Position numbers and translations under genes: made by a program
Shown: piece after piece, positions 28,206 through 38,109 of the stretch
How positions within the stretch are numbered: the first letter of the stretch is position 1
How the letters are laid out: every line of letters begins with the position of its first letter
NCBI GenBank assembly: GCA_963677485.1
Contig: OY781964.1
Span: 4,288,001 to 4,352,000 of the forward strand
DNA length: 64,000 bases
Source of the DNA: Armatimonadota bacterium
GTDB lineage: Bacteria > Armatimonadota > HRBIN16
Direction: 5' to 3'
Notes under the pieces: generated by a model
What the model was told of the DNA's origin: nothing
The model's database searches: none
The model's input: only the letters and a program-made list of their open reading frames with translations

Positions 28206-29276
28206 TTGATATATAACGTAACACTGATTCCTGGCGACGGCACCGGTCCTGAACTGGCGGAAGCCACCCGGCGCGTGCTGGATGCCACCGGCGTTTCATT
28301 TAACTGGGACGTGGTAGAAGCTGGTGTGGATGTGATGGAAAAATACGGCACACCGCTGCCCCAGGGAGTGCTCGATAGCATTCGCAAGAACAAGATCGCC
28401 ATCAAAGGACCCATCACGACCCCCATCGGCAGCGGATTCCGCTCTGTCAATGTGGCTTTACGGCAAGAACTAGGGTTGTATGCCTGTCTTCGCCCTGCCC
28501 GCAGTTACAAGGGTGTGCGCAGTCGATATAAAGACATAGACCTGGTGGTCGTACGTGAAAACACCGAAGACCTGTATGCCGGCGTGGAGTTTGAAGCGGG
28601 CACCAAAGAGGCAGAGGGCATCTGCGCGATGTCACCCAAAATCCGGCCGGGTTCCGCGATCAGCATCAAGCCGATCTCCGTTGAAGGAACCACGCTGATT
28701 GCGGAATACGCTTTCCAATACGCTCTGAAGAACAACCGCAAGAAGGTCACCGCCATCAGCAAGGCGAACATCATGAAGTACACCGACGGCCTGTTCTTCC
28801 ATACCTGCCGTGAAGTGGCCAAGAAATACGACGGCCAGATTGAGTATGATGAGCGATTGGTGGATGCGCTCTGTATGCAGCTTGTGCAGCGTCCTGAGGA
28901 GTTCGATGTGCTCTGCCTGCCCAACCTCTACGGCGATATCATCAGCGACCTGTGCGCCGGTCTGGTGGGCGGTCTTGGTGTGGCCCCGGGTGCGAACATC
29001 GGCAAAGACTGTGCGATGTTCGAGGCGGTGCATGGCTCCGCTCCCAAGTATAAGGGACAGAACAGGGTCAACCCCACCGCTCTTATCTTGTCAGGTATGC
29101 TGATGCTTCGATACCTGGGTGAATTGGAAGCGGCGGATAAGCTTGAGAAGGCCGTTGAGCTCGTGCTGGCTGAGGGCAAACACGTGACTTACGATCTGAA
29201 ACCTACCCGCACCGACCCCACGGCAGTCGGTACCAGTCAGATGGCAGACGCCATCATTGAAGCGATGAACGCCTAA
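28206..29276 (+). CDS. icd: Isocitrate/isopropylmalate dehydrogenase family, probably NAD-dependent isocitrate dehydrogenase
   Basis: [65 protein letters not shown] favours TTG 28206. Confidence 0.85.
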   Translation: MIYNVTLIPGDGTGPELAEATRRVLDATGVSFNWDVVEAGVDVMEKYGTPLPQGVLDSIRKNKIAIKGPITTPIGSGFRSVNVALRQELGLYACLRPARSYKGVRSRYKDIDLVVVRENTEDLYAGVEFEAGTKEAEGICAMSPKIRPGSAISIKPISVEGTTLIAEYAFQYALKNNRKKVTAISKANIMKYTDGLFFHTCREVAKKYDGQIEYDERLVDALCMQLVQRPEEFDVLCLPNLYGDIISDLCAGLVGGLGVAPGANIGKDCAMFEAVHGSAPKYKGQNRVNPTALILSGMLMLRYLGELEAADKLEKAVELVLAEGKHVTYDLKPTRTDPTAVGTSQMADAIIEAMNA

Positions 29277-29830
29277 TGGCATCGCACTTAATGCAGTGTT
29301 CTGAAGCGGTTCTGGTGGTCATTGACCTCCAGGAGCCGTTTCTGAACGCCATTTTTCAACGGGACAGGGTGGAAGCGCAGAGTCGGATGCTGATCGAAGC
29401 GGCCAAGATTATGGCTGTTCCGATCATCGCCACAACGCAGTATACGGAGCGAATGGGAGGGGTCGTGGCGGCGGTCGCCTCCACCTTACCTGATACGACT
29501 CTGTATGTGGACAAGATGAGCTTTAGCTGCGCGAAGCAACCGCTGTTCATTCAGGCTCTCGAATCCACAGGTAAAAAGCAAGTGGTGCTATGCGGTGTGG
29601 AGACGCACATCTGTGTGATGCAGACCGCACTTGATCTTCAGCAACTGGGATATGATGTGGCGGTGGTGACCGACGCCGTCTCCAGTCGTAACCCGTCCAA
29701 CTGGCAGAGCGCGTTGTATCGGCTGGGAGCCGCCGGAATTGAGCTGCCAGTGACCGAAAGCGTGCTGTATGAGTTGCTTGAAGCGGCTGACGCTCCTGAG
29801 TTCAAGTCGATACTGAAACTGGTCAAGTAG
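29276..29830 (+). CDS. Isochorismatase-family cysteine hydrolase
   Basis: VIDLQE, DKMSFSC, GVETHICVMQTALDL. Confidence 0.92.
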   Translation: MASHLMQCSEAVLVVIDLQEPFLNAIFQRDRVEAQSRMLIEAAKIMAVPIIATTQYTERMGGVVAAVASTLPDTTLYVDKMSFSCAKQPLFIQALESTGKKQVVLCGVETHICVMQTALDLQQLGYDVAVVTDAVSSRNPSNWQSALYRLGAAGIELPVTESVLYELLEAADAPEFKSILKLVK

Positions 29831-29844
29831 ACACAGCTCATCTT

Positions 29845-29884
29845 GTCTGCCTCCGGTAAGCAATGGAGGCAGACCTCACTTTTT
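29845..29884 (+). terminator. Intrinsic terminator
   Basis: GTCTGCCTCC / GGAGGCAGAC stem, then CTCACTTTTT. Confidence 0.55.
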
Positions 29885-29909
29885 ACGCGTCTTGTCAGGA
29901 GGAGCACCG

Positions 29910-31370
29910 ATGCCATACTCCGTGCGCGAAAGGCTAAACCCTTTAGCTACTCTGGTGATTTTTGGGGCGACGGGTGACCTGACTCGGCGTCTGCTGCTGC
30001 CTGCCCTCTACTGCCTTCACAAAGCCGATCTGCTCCCCCGCGATATACGACTGGTGCTTTATGCCCGTAAACCCATAGGTATCATTGAGATGCTGGGTAA
30101 GATGGGAGGCACCAACTACGACAGGCCTTCCGACAGTGATCTGGCTGGTTTCGCCCAGCGGTTTGACGCGCCGGTTCTTGGTGGCCTAGATGCGGAAGGT
30201 GTAGCTCAACTGCGTAATGTGGTGAAAGGTGACGCCCTTTTCTATCTGGCCCTTCCACCCGGCATGTTTGCTCAGGCGGCAGAGGCACTGGGTGAGGTCG
30301 GTCTGAATGATGAGAGCCTGGCACCCAGGCGTTTAATAGTCGAAAAGCCGTTTGGCCGCGACTTGGAATCTGCGTTACAGCTACAACAACGCGTGAGCAA
30401 ATACTGGCGGGAAGAACAGATATTCCGCATTGACCACTATCTGGGCAAAGAGACCGTGCAAAACCTGCTGGTGATGCGGTTTGCGAATATCTTGTTTGAG
30501 TCTGTCTGGAACCGGAACTACGTCGACCACGTACAGATTGTGGCGGCTGAGACGCTGGGGTTAGAGGGACGGCCTGGTTATTACGATCAAAGCGGTGCGC
30601 TGCGGGACATGGTCCAGAACCACATGATGCAGATGCTGGCACTTACTGCCATGGAGGCTCCTCCGCGGATCCAGTCGCATGAGCTGCGCAACGAGAAGGT
30701 GAAGGTGTTGCAAAGTGTGCGGCAAATTCCATCGAATGCCGTCAGTGCTTTTGCTGTACGCGGGCAATACACCGAAGGGTTGAACGGCGGTCAGCCGGTC
30801 GAAGGTTACCTTGATGAGACCGGCGTGGCCAAAGACAGCCGCACTGAAACATATGCCGCGGTGAAGCTGTATGTCGATAACTGGCGATGGCAGGGGGTGC
30901 CGTTTTATCTGCGCACCGGCAAACGACTTGCTGGAAATCGCAGCGAAATCATGATCCAACTGAAGCGTCCCCCGGTACAGCTATTCCGTGACACCCCGCT
31001 GGATGTGATGGAACCCAACCGGTTTATCTTTGAGTTAAAGCCCAACGAGAGCATCTGCTTGGTGGCACAGGCTAAGAAGGAAGGGTTGCAGCTCAAACCC
31101 CGCAGTGTAGAGCTGGTGTCACCTTACCGCACCGATGGCGGCGGTTTCGGCGCGTATGAGCTGCTGATCCTGGACGCCTTCCTGGGTGACCGCACTCATT
31201 TCCTGCGAATCGATGAGGTGGAGTGGGCCTGGCGGGTGCTGGATCCCGTCATCACATCCTGGCGTGAGGAAGCAGTGCCCCTGTATCCATACGTGAGCGG
31301 CAGCGACGGACCTCGCGAGGCGAACCGCATTTTGGACTCTCCGTCACATGTATGGAGACCACTGGCATGA
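29910..31370 (+). CDS. zwf: Glucose-6-phosphate 1-dehydrogenase
   Basis: FGATGDL, EKPFG, RIDHYLGKE, RDMVQNH, RWQGVPFYLRTGK. SD AGGAGG before ATG 29910. Confidence 0.97.
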   Translation: MPYSVRERLNPLATLVIFGATGDLTRRLLLPALYCLHKADLLPRDIRLVLYARKPIGIIEMLGKMGGTNYDRPSDSDLAGFAQRFDAPVLGGLDAEGVAQLRNVVKGDALFYLALPPGMFAQAAEALGEVGLNDESLAPRRLIVEKPFGRDLESALQLQQRVSKYWREEQIFRIDHYLGKETVQNLLVMRFANILFESVWNRNYVDHVQIVAAETLGLEGRPGYYDQSGALRDMVQNHMMQMLALTAMEAPPRIQSHELRNEKVKVLQSVRQIPSNAVSAFAVRGQYTEGLNGGQPVEGYLDETGVAKDSRTETYAAVKLYVDNWRWQGVPFYLRTGKRLAGNRSEIMIQLKRPPVQLFRDTPLDVMEPNRFIFELKPNESICLVAQAKKEGLQLKPRSVELVSPYRTDGGGFGAYELLILDAFLGDRTHFLRIDEVEWAWRVLDPVITSWREEAVPLYPYVSGSDGPREANRILDSPSHVWRPLA

Positions 31371-32050
31371 GGCAGTGGCGTATTTATGATGATCGAGAGC
31401 AGCTAGCTCGAGCGGCAACCGATGAGATCGTTCAGGCTGTGCAGAACACAACGGGTCTGTTCACCATGGCTTTGAGTGGCGGCACCACGCCTGAGACCGT
31501 TTACCAGTTGCTGGCGGGTGAATATGCCCAACGTATTGATTGGACGCGTGTACGGCTGATTCTGGGCGATGAACGGTATGTTCCTATTGATCATCCCAGT
31601 AGTAATACGCGCATGGTTGAGGAGTCGTTGATACATCCGCTGGGATTGACACCTGATCAATGGATCACCATGGATACCGAGTTGGATTGGGAAGATTGCG
31701 TGACGGACTATAGCCGCCGGGTTCAATCCGTGAGTATCGATCTGGTGCTGCTCGGTATGGGGAATGACGGCCACACAGCTTCGCTATTTCCCAGGCAGTT
31801 TGGTCCTGAAGTTCAAGCGAGAGCTGTCAAAGGTCTGGCACCGGTCGCGCCTCATCAGCGCATCAGCCTGAGCCTGCCGTTCATAAACAGTGCCCGGCGC
31901 GCCTTGTTCCTAGTGGCTGGCGAGGAGAAGGCCTGCACCGTCAGCGAGGTTTTGTCAAACCCGCCCAGTGAGGACTTCCCCAGCTCGATGGTAATTCCTG
32001 ATGGCGACTGCCTCTGGCTGCTGGACAAGGCCGCCGCCAGCGAGCTGTAG
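31367..32050 (+). CDS. pgl: 6-phosphogluconolactonase
   Basis: LSGGTTP, GDERYVP, LGMGNDGHTASLFP. ATGA overlap with zwf. Confidence 0.95.
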   Translation: MRQWRIYDDREQLARAATDEIVQAVQNTTGLFTMALSGGTTPETVYQLLAGEYAQRIDWTRVRLILGDERYVPIDHPSSNTRMVEESLIHPLGLTPDQWITMDTELDWEDCVTDYSRRVQSVSIDLVLLGMGNDGHTASLFPRQFGPEVQARAVKGLAPVAPHQRISLSLPFINSARRALFLVAGEEKACTVSEVLSNPPSEDFPSSMVIPDGDCLWLLDKAAASEL

Positions 32051-32083
32051 AGGGGCGGGTGCTGCTCACCGGCTCCTTCACCA

Positions 32084-32135
32084 CCGCGCCCTGAAGGACA
32101 CGGCTTATTATCCGACAAGTCGGCTGAAGCCGTCT
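32084..32135. repeat. 52-bp double-hairpin REP-like unit, left copy
   Basis: CCGCGCCC-TGAA-GGACACGG...AGTCGGC-TGAA-GCCGTCT. Ungapped identity to 33193-33244 is 36/52. Confidence 0.6.
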
Positions 32136-32298
32136 ACCGGTATTTTGCTGTTCAATCAAGGTTTGATCGCTTACCAATACACCGCAACTCGTTTCAACGG
32201 GTATTTCATATAAGACAACGCAATGCATTCCCTGCTAAAATAAAGAATGGGACTTGCTTATTACAACTGAGTGGACTCAGAGAAATCAGAAAAAAGTA

Positions 32299-32910
32299 AT
32301 GTCACAAGAAAAAAATGAACTAGCTAATCGTGCTATATGCGCATTTAGCTCAATATCTACGGTCATTCTTGGACGCCAGATCTGCCAGCTAGCGTTAGTT
32401 GTTCGTGACATGAACGCTGAGTATACAATGCATATTGAGTTCGCGACCGTTGAGAATGACATGCTATCGTGTTATATGGAATGCAATTATCGTACTGAGT
32501 TAGCTTACGAAACTGAGACCTATAACCTCGACCTGCCAATGGATGATGGCACGGTTGAGGAACAGCATCTCGATGATTGTATATGGCCTAAAGTAGCTGC
32601 TTATAGACGCTCTATTGATCTTGAAGAGGAAGGTGATAATGTAAGGCAAAGCATTATTTCGGCGTTGCATATTACCTGCTCAGCAATAGAGAAAACCAAG
32701 TCGGATGTTTGGAACTGTGTGGAGTTCCCCTTGGTATTGTGTTTCATTGACATAGACACTAAATACCATGTCCACGTTCAAGTCGATAAGGATACAGTGC
32801 AGCCCGAAAATGGGATCGCATTTGAAGCCTCCGGTTACATAGTTGCATCTTTTCAGTCAAGTAGCACACCCTATCTGATTGTTGAACACAGAAGGTTACT
32901 CATCGCATAA
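32299..32910 (+). CDS. AT-rich orphan hypothetical protein (acidic)
   Basis: Open ORF of about 200 aa in a visibly AT-richer segment. No family recognised and the start is uncertain. Confidence 0.5.
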   Translation: MSQEKNELANRAICAFSSISTVILGRQICQLALVVRDMNAEYTMHIEFATVENDMLSCYMECNYRTELAYETETYNLDLPMDDGTVEEQHLDDCIWPKVAAYRRSIDLEEEGDNVRQSIISALHITCSAIEKTKSDVWNCVEFPLVLCFIDIDTKYHVHVQVDKDTVQPENGIAFEASGYIVASFQSSSTPYLIVEHRRLLIA

Positions 32911-33192
32911 GTCCTACAACATTATGCTGCCTGTGCATTGTCTGTGGGATCGTCCTTTTTACAGATGCTCCCAAGATATATCAAGAGGTAACGGCAACGG
33001 TGATAGCGACTACGAACGTTGGTGGTCAGCGTATATACACATTTGGACATTCACATGCGTGTAATGGCCCCTGCTTAGTCGTAGTTCATCAAGTTTTTTC
33101 GCTTGCTTATTCCGGTTGCTGGGTAGCCTAAGCAACAGGATGATCAGTCAGTAAAAAACAACACATGAATGATAGGTATATGGCCTCCGATT

Positions 33193-33319
33193 CCGCGACA
33201 TAAATGTCTCGGCTATTGACTTGCCAAGCCTGCTGAAGCAGTCTGGGACTAGCATTAGCGCTCACTTTACAGGGCGAATCCCTGCAGCCTGCTTCAGCAG
33301 GTTTGGCAAGTCAATAGCC
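33193..33319. repeat. REP-like double-hairpin unit with an inverted partner (31-bp IR)
   Basis: GGCTATTGACTTGCCAAGCCTGCTGAAGCAG (33211-33241) is inverted at 33289-33319 with one mismatch. Confidence 0.8.
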
Positions 33320-33358
33320 ATGTACTATAGCGCTTGGTATGGCGGAATGTAATGATTT

Positions 33359-34279
33359 TCACCGCGTCACCGGCTGGCAACTGATGATCTTCACCGGCAG
33401 CGTCCGCACGAGACGAGCCGTATTCCTGCCCAGCTCTACCTCGTAAATCGCGCTCTTATCAGCACCAAATAGCCGACCGTCCCACACAAACGCCCCTGCG
33501 CTGTAGATGATCGGCTTGCCTTTGTATATCTCGGTGGGCTGCAAGACATGCGGATGGTGGCCTATGACGAGGTCGGCCCCTGCGTCGATGCATTGGCGCG
33601 CGATGGCCCGCTGGTGTTCCGTGGGCTTCTTCATATACTCCACACCCCAGTGAAGGGAGACCACCAGTGTGTCGCACTTCCGGCTGGCGGTTTTGATCTG
33701 CTCGCTCAGCTCATCGGGCTCCAGTCCTGCGATGGTGGGCTTGTCCGACAGCCGTACCACGCCGTCGGAAGGCATGTCGGAGTAGGCCAGAAATCCGATT
33801 TTCAGCGACTTGCAGTGTATGATCTTCAGTTCCAAGGCCTCGCTGCGGTTGTTTCCAGCACCGACTGGTGTGATTCCTGCCGATTTCAGGGCGGAGATGG
33901 TATCGGTGAGTGCCTCTCGCCCGTAATCGAGCGTGTGGTTGTTGGCCACTGAGACCACATCAAAGCCGTTGGCTTTGAGTGTGTTTGCGCATTTTGGATC
34001 GGCTCTGAATAGGAACTTTCTGCGCCTGGGCACCCCGCGCAGGGAGAGCGGGCACTCCAGGTTACAGAAGGCGATGTCGGCTCCACTGATGGTGTTCTTC
34101 ACGTGAGTGAACAGCCAGTCCGCACCGTGCCTCTCGATCTGCTTGCCCACACCTCTGGCGAAAAGAATGTCACCCACAGCCACCAATTTGACAGTGTCGT
34201 GTCTGATGGATTCTCCACCAGACACGACACATATGGCCATGAGTGCCAGGCACATCGCGGATAGATGCCGAATTAGCAT
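33359..34279 (-). CDS. CapA/PgsA-family metallophosphoesterase
   Basis: VGDI, NLECP, ANNHTLDYG, SLHWGVEY, GHHPHVLQ. Confidence 0.92.
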   Translation of the reverse strand: MLIRHLSAMCLALMAICVVSGGESIRHDTVKLVAVGDILFARGVGKQIERHGADWLFTHVKNTISGADIAFCNLECPLSLRGVPRRRKFLFRADPKCANTLKANGFDVVSVANNHTLDYGREALTDTISALKSAGITPVGAGNNRSEALELKIIHCKSLKIGFLAYSDMPSDGVVRLSDKPTIAGLEPDELSEQIKTASRKCDTLVVSLHWGVEYMKKPTEHQRAIARQCIDAGADLVIGHHPHVLQPTEIYKGKPIIYSAGAFVWDGRLFGADKSAIYEVELGRNTARLVRTLPVKIISCQPVTR

Positions 34280-36477
34280 CCGCTGCTGAAGGCCTCGAAG
34301 TTGTTGTCAAGCTTCTTTTTCGGTTCGGTAAAGAAGCTCTTGATCCAGTCCGCCAGCGTCGGTGTCTTTCCAGATTTCAGCATCTTTTGCCAGGCCTCGT
34401 CGGTCAGCCTGTTGGATGCCGGCCATTCGAACTCATAGTGAGTATATACAGCTCCGCGTGTCAGGTAGAGTTTGCCTTGTATGGGCACCACCACATAGAT
34501 GGCGGAAGCCCGTCCGGTGGCCTCCTCCAGGCAGGTGCCAGTGCTGCCATCGGTGTGGGTGTCGGCGATTAACGCCATGTCCTTATCGGCGTCGCTCAGC
34601 AGGTCACCGCCCGAGAAGGAGATCACCAACGACTCCAACTCGGCGCCATACAGGCATATCTGGTCGTATTCTTCCTTCGTCACGGTTTTGCCGGTCAGCT
34701 CTTTGACGGTGATCTTGCGGCAGAAGCTTAACCAGTCATCCATTCGAGTGAACTTATCTTTCATTTCCTCATTAAGCAAGCCGCGGCTGTTGAGCCCGTC
34801 CTTAGTGTATTTGTTCAGCCACTGCAACCGCGTCCAGAACTCCAGGTTCGGCTCCACATATCCCTTAGGCGTAGGCGGGGCTTCAGAATCGCCGCCGCAT
34901 TCGGACACGCTCTGTTTCGCATACAAGATGGTGTCATGCCTGAGTTCCGTCCAGGAACCGAGTGCTGTGAACAGTGATTTATCCAGCCATGCGTCGTTTG
35001 TCATGAACGAGGGATAACCCTTGGGCGAGGGTTCCACCACAGACTGCAGCGACCATAACCATCCGTAATACAGGTTCGACTGCCATTTACTGCGTGGTGT
35101 CTCGGCCATCTCCTTGCGCATCTTGGCCATCTGCAGGTCGTAGTTCGGAAACTTCTCCACCTTGTAGTAATTCTTTAAGTGGCTCAACGCACGGTCTGAC
35201 CCCATGGCGGCGAAGATATCCAGCCCTCGGGGGATACCCCTGCCGGTGACGAGATCATCAGTCATTTGCCTCATGATGCGCGAATCGGGGATGAACCGCT
35301 GTCCCATGAATCGGAATTGCGAGCCACCAGTTCCCGCGCCGTTATCGATCCCAGGTGCTGGCAGCTTACTGACCTCTACGTTGAACTGGCTGAGTTTTGA
35401 TTGCTCCGCGAACTGATTGGCATTGGCGTTCTTGCCATAAACCTTCTCTAGTATCTTGCTGTACTGGCTATAGGTGAAATCATCCGCCGTGCCCACATAG
35501 AATGCGGTGGGCTCGTAGATCATGTCCCAGAGCTTCAACGCTGGCGTGCCGTCTATAGACGCGGTTTGGAGGGCTTTTGTCATCAGCATCGCTTGCAGGT
35601 TGGCTCTGAGCTCTTTAGCTGGAAATGGGGAGAGGCCGTACCACATCATAGCCATGAAATACTTCTTCAACTTGGGGCTGCGGGTGTAGTGCCCGCGCGG
35701 TACAAACTGGCTGAAGTCCATCTTGGCACCCGTTACACTAGATGGTGTGATGCCAGAGTGCTTAGCGATCAGTTTTAAATCCGCGTTCGCCATGGGATTG
35801 GCATCTTTCGTGGCTCCAGCAAGCAGTGCTTTCCCTACGGTGAAGAAGGCCACATTGCGGGCTGCGGCATCTATGAGTTCGGCACGGCTCACCGTCGATA
35901 ACTGCTTTTTGGATGCCTCCAGCATGGAAGTGGTGAGTTTGGCAGCCGCATCGGACAGCTTACCGGATTCAACCTCGCGCAGGGTGTAGTCATAAAACAC
36001 GTGGTAAGTGTGAAGCATGCTGTCCGAGGTGATGAATGAGGGTATCTTCTCAGGACGCTGGTATTCGTTGTTTTCATAGACATAGAAAATCTGGGTATAG
36101 TCCGTCGGGGTGACCACAAAACTGTTCTTCGTCAGCAGCGAACTCATCTTGGGATCCAGCAATTTCTTGAATAGCTTCAAGTTCTGCACGTTCGACAGGT
36201 CAGCTTTCACGGTATATGCGGGTATGGCTGGTTTTATCTTCCCAATATCAGCAGCTAAGCCGTCGTAGCTGCCTGCCGAGGCGAAAGAAGAAGGCTTGAC
36301 CTCCTTAGTGGGCGATTGAGTCTCCGCCTTGGGTGCCGGGGTGGACACCTGTGCGAGCTGAACGGGTGGCTTCGAACTTGCAACCGGTCTTGGCTTCGGT
36401 CCGTTGAGGGCATACATCAACCCAGAGATGACCAATATTACAAGTACCACGAATGCAACAGCGACATGCTTCTTCAT
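34273..36477 (-). CDS. DUF3160 domain exported protein
   Basis: N-terminal TM/signal, FITSDSMLHTYH, DFSQFVPRGHYT, LGSWTELRHDTILYAKQ, GYVEPN, RLTDEAW. Confidence 0.85.
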   Translation of the reverse strand: MKKHVAVAFVVLVILVISGLMYALNGPKPRPVASSKPPVQLAQVSTPAPKAETQSPTKEVKPSSFASAGSYDGLAADIGKIKPAIPAYTVKADLSNVQNLKLFKKLLDPKMSSLLTKNSFVVTPTDYTQIFYVYENNEYQRPEKIPSFITSDSMLHTYHVFYDYTLREVESGKLSDAAAKLTTSMLEASKKQLSTVSRAELIDAAARNVAFFTVGKALLAGATKDANPMANADLKLIAKHSGITPSSVTGAKMDFSQFVPRGHYTRSPKLKKYFMAMMWYGLSPFPAKELRANLQAMLMTKALQTASIDGTPALKLWDMIYEPTAFYVGTADDFTYSQYSKILEKVYGKNANANQFAEQSKLSQFNVEVSKLPAPGIDNGAGTGGSQFRFMGQRFIPDSRIMRQMTDDLVTGRGIPRGLDIFAAMGSDRALSHLKNYYKVEKFPNYDLQMAKMRKEMAETPRSKWQSNLYYGWLWSLQSVVEPSPKGYPSFMTNDAWLDKSLFTALGSWTELRHDTILYAKQSVSECGGDSEAPPTPKGYVEPNLEFWTRLQWLNKYTKDGLNSRGLLNEEMKDKFTRMDDWLSFCRKITVKELTGKTVTKEEYDQICLYGAELESLVISFSGGDLLSDADKDMALIADTHTDGSTGTCLEEATGRASAIYVVVPIQGKLYLTRGAVYTHYEFEWPASNRLTDEAWQKMLKSGKTPTLADWIKSFFTEPKKKLDNNFEAFSSGC

Positions 36478-36482
36478 GCGGT

Positions 36483-37169
36483 TTACCTTGTGATCTCCTT
36501 CCACATGGTGGGTTTGGCACTGCCGATCCAGTCAAACCCAAATGAACTCCATCTGTAAATCCCTATGCGTTGCGGCTTGCCGGGTGATACTTCTATGGCC
36601 AGCAATTCCGCCCAGCCGTCCTTATTGATATCACGGACATCGAAGTCAATGAACCGCCTGCTGAGGCGGCTTCCCAGCCACTTCGGAGACATTCGGCTTC
36701 CTGTCCACGAGTAGACAAAGCATCTTTTTGCCATTATCGGGTCTCTAGGGCTCTTTTTCCACACCCCTGTGATGATTTCCTTGTGGCCGTCACCATCGAC
36801 ATCGGCCACACGCAGCTTCCATGGGTTGAGTTGCTTTTGTGACCAGACTGGACGGAAGATGACTTGCGTCTTCTGCATGACGATCACCTTGCCGCCCAAA
36901 GGGTGGTTGTTTTCGATGCTCTTGCAGGTGATCGCGATGAGTTCAGAGCGGCCGTCGTGGTCAAGGTCGGTCTGAACCGCACTTAGCACCCTGCCTTCGG
37001 CACCATACCCAAGCACCCGTTGGGCCAGTGCCACGGGACTAATTAAAGCCGCGACGCAGATGCTGCCTGCACACATGACCAGCATCATGCAGAGAGCTAT
37101 AGTAAACCTCAAGTGCCACACCGTCCTGCCATGATCTAGACTGATTATACCGTATACACGCAACGACAT
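36483..37169 (-). CDS. Secreted FG-GAP/VCBS-like Ca-binding repeat protein
   Basis: DLDHDGRSE, DVDGDGHKE and DINKDGWAE repeats, PKWLGSRLS. Start uncertain. Confidence 0.75.
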   Translation of the reverse strand: MSLRVYGIISLDHGRTVWHLRFTIALCMMLVMCAGSICVAALISPVALAQRVLGYGAEGRVLSAVQTDLDHDGRSELIAITCKSIENNHPLGGKVIVMQKTQVIFRPVWSQKQLNPWKLRVADVDGDGHKEIITGVWKKSPRDPIMAKRCFVYSWTGSRMSPKWLGSRLSRRFIDFDVRDINKDGWAELLAIEVSPGKPQRIGIYRWSSFGFDWIGSAKPTMWKEITR

Positions 37170-37282
37170 ATACGCATTGGGGCGTAAATGTGAGCAGAAA
37201 TGCTAAGTTGGGATTTATGTGACGGGAGGTTTGCCTTATCGCCGCGAGGAATATGACCATCCATAGTAAACCGGTGTCAGCT

Positions 37283-37322
37283 AAATAAAAAACACTCGGC
37301 TGGCCAGATGGCCAGCCGAGTG
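37283..37322 (-). terminator. Intrinsic terminator of hpf
   Basis: CACTCGGCTGGCCA / TGGCCAGCCGAGTG followed on the minus strand by TTTTTTATTT. Confidence 0.85.
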
Positions 37323-37344
37323 ATGATCTGCGGTAATTGAACCG

Positions 37345-37923
37345 TTAGTTACGCGGTATTATAATCCCATAACTACCATCCTTACGTTGGTAGATCACTT
37401 GGAACTGGTCACTTTCAGCCTCGCGGAAGAGGTAGAAGTCATGGCCTAGCATCTCCATATTGAGTGCGGCATCCTCCTGGCTCATAGGCTTCAATTCGAA
37501 ATGTTTCTGTCTTGCAATGCGAAATTGCTTACTAGACTCATTACTATCGCTCTTAACATTAGCTGTCGGCTCGATGTCCTCCAGTGCGAGTAGTAGTTCA
37601 CCATCAAGATGGTGGTTGGCCTCCCGTCGGCCTGCGATCGCTCGGAAGCGTTTGCCCTTAAATCTGAGGAGACGAGTTTCCAAGTGGCTGACCGTCTCAT
37701 CAATGGCTATGCGCAGATCAGGATTTGATTCCTCCGCTCGAAGCACCAATCCGTGCCCCTCCACAGTGATTTCGATTGTGTGGCTTTCACGCACCGCCTC
37801 ATGCACAACGGTCGCCTCGTCGATTCCTTTGAAGTGTGAAGTGAGTTTCATGACGGCTTGCTGTGCGTAGTCTCTCAGGGTAGCTGGTAGGGTTCCTGCG
37901 GCATCTCTTGTAGTGACAACCAT
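37345..37923 (-). CDS. hpf: Ribosome hibernation promoting factor (long HPF / RaiA)
   Basis: LRAEE...AIDE..LE.RL.RFK N-domain, and C-domain LKPMSQEDAALNMEMLGHDFYLF...YQRKDGSYG. SD GGAGG before 37923. Confidence 0.92.
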   Translation of the reverse strand: MVVTTRDAAGTLPATLRDYAQQAVMKLTSHFKGIDEATVVHEAVRESHTIEITVEGHGLVLRAEESNPDLRIAIDETVSHLETRLLRFKGKRFRAIAGRREANHHLDGELLLALEDIEPTANVKSDSNESSKQFRIARQKHFELKPMSQEDAALNMEMLGHDFYLFREAESDQFQVIYQRKDGSYGIIIPRN

Positions 37924-38109
37924 CGTAGTGCCCTCCGAATTACTGTGTAATACACACTCCTGTAAAGAAGTGTGTATTAGGTATACCCTCTGCAGCCAGA
38001 AAATGATAGTGGGTATAGCGTTGTATTCCGTCCAAGGTTTAGAAACTGGCATAAATGTGTGCTATAGTTATCACATAAGAACCACCCTAAGATACTGGAG
38101 AAGACAACC

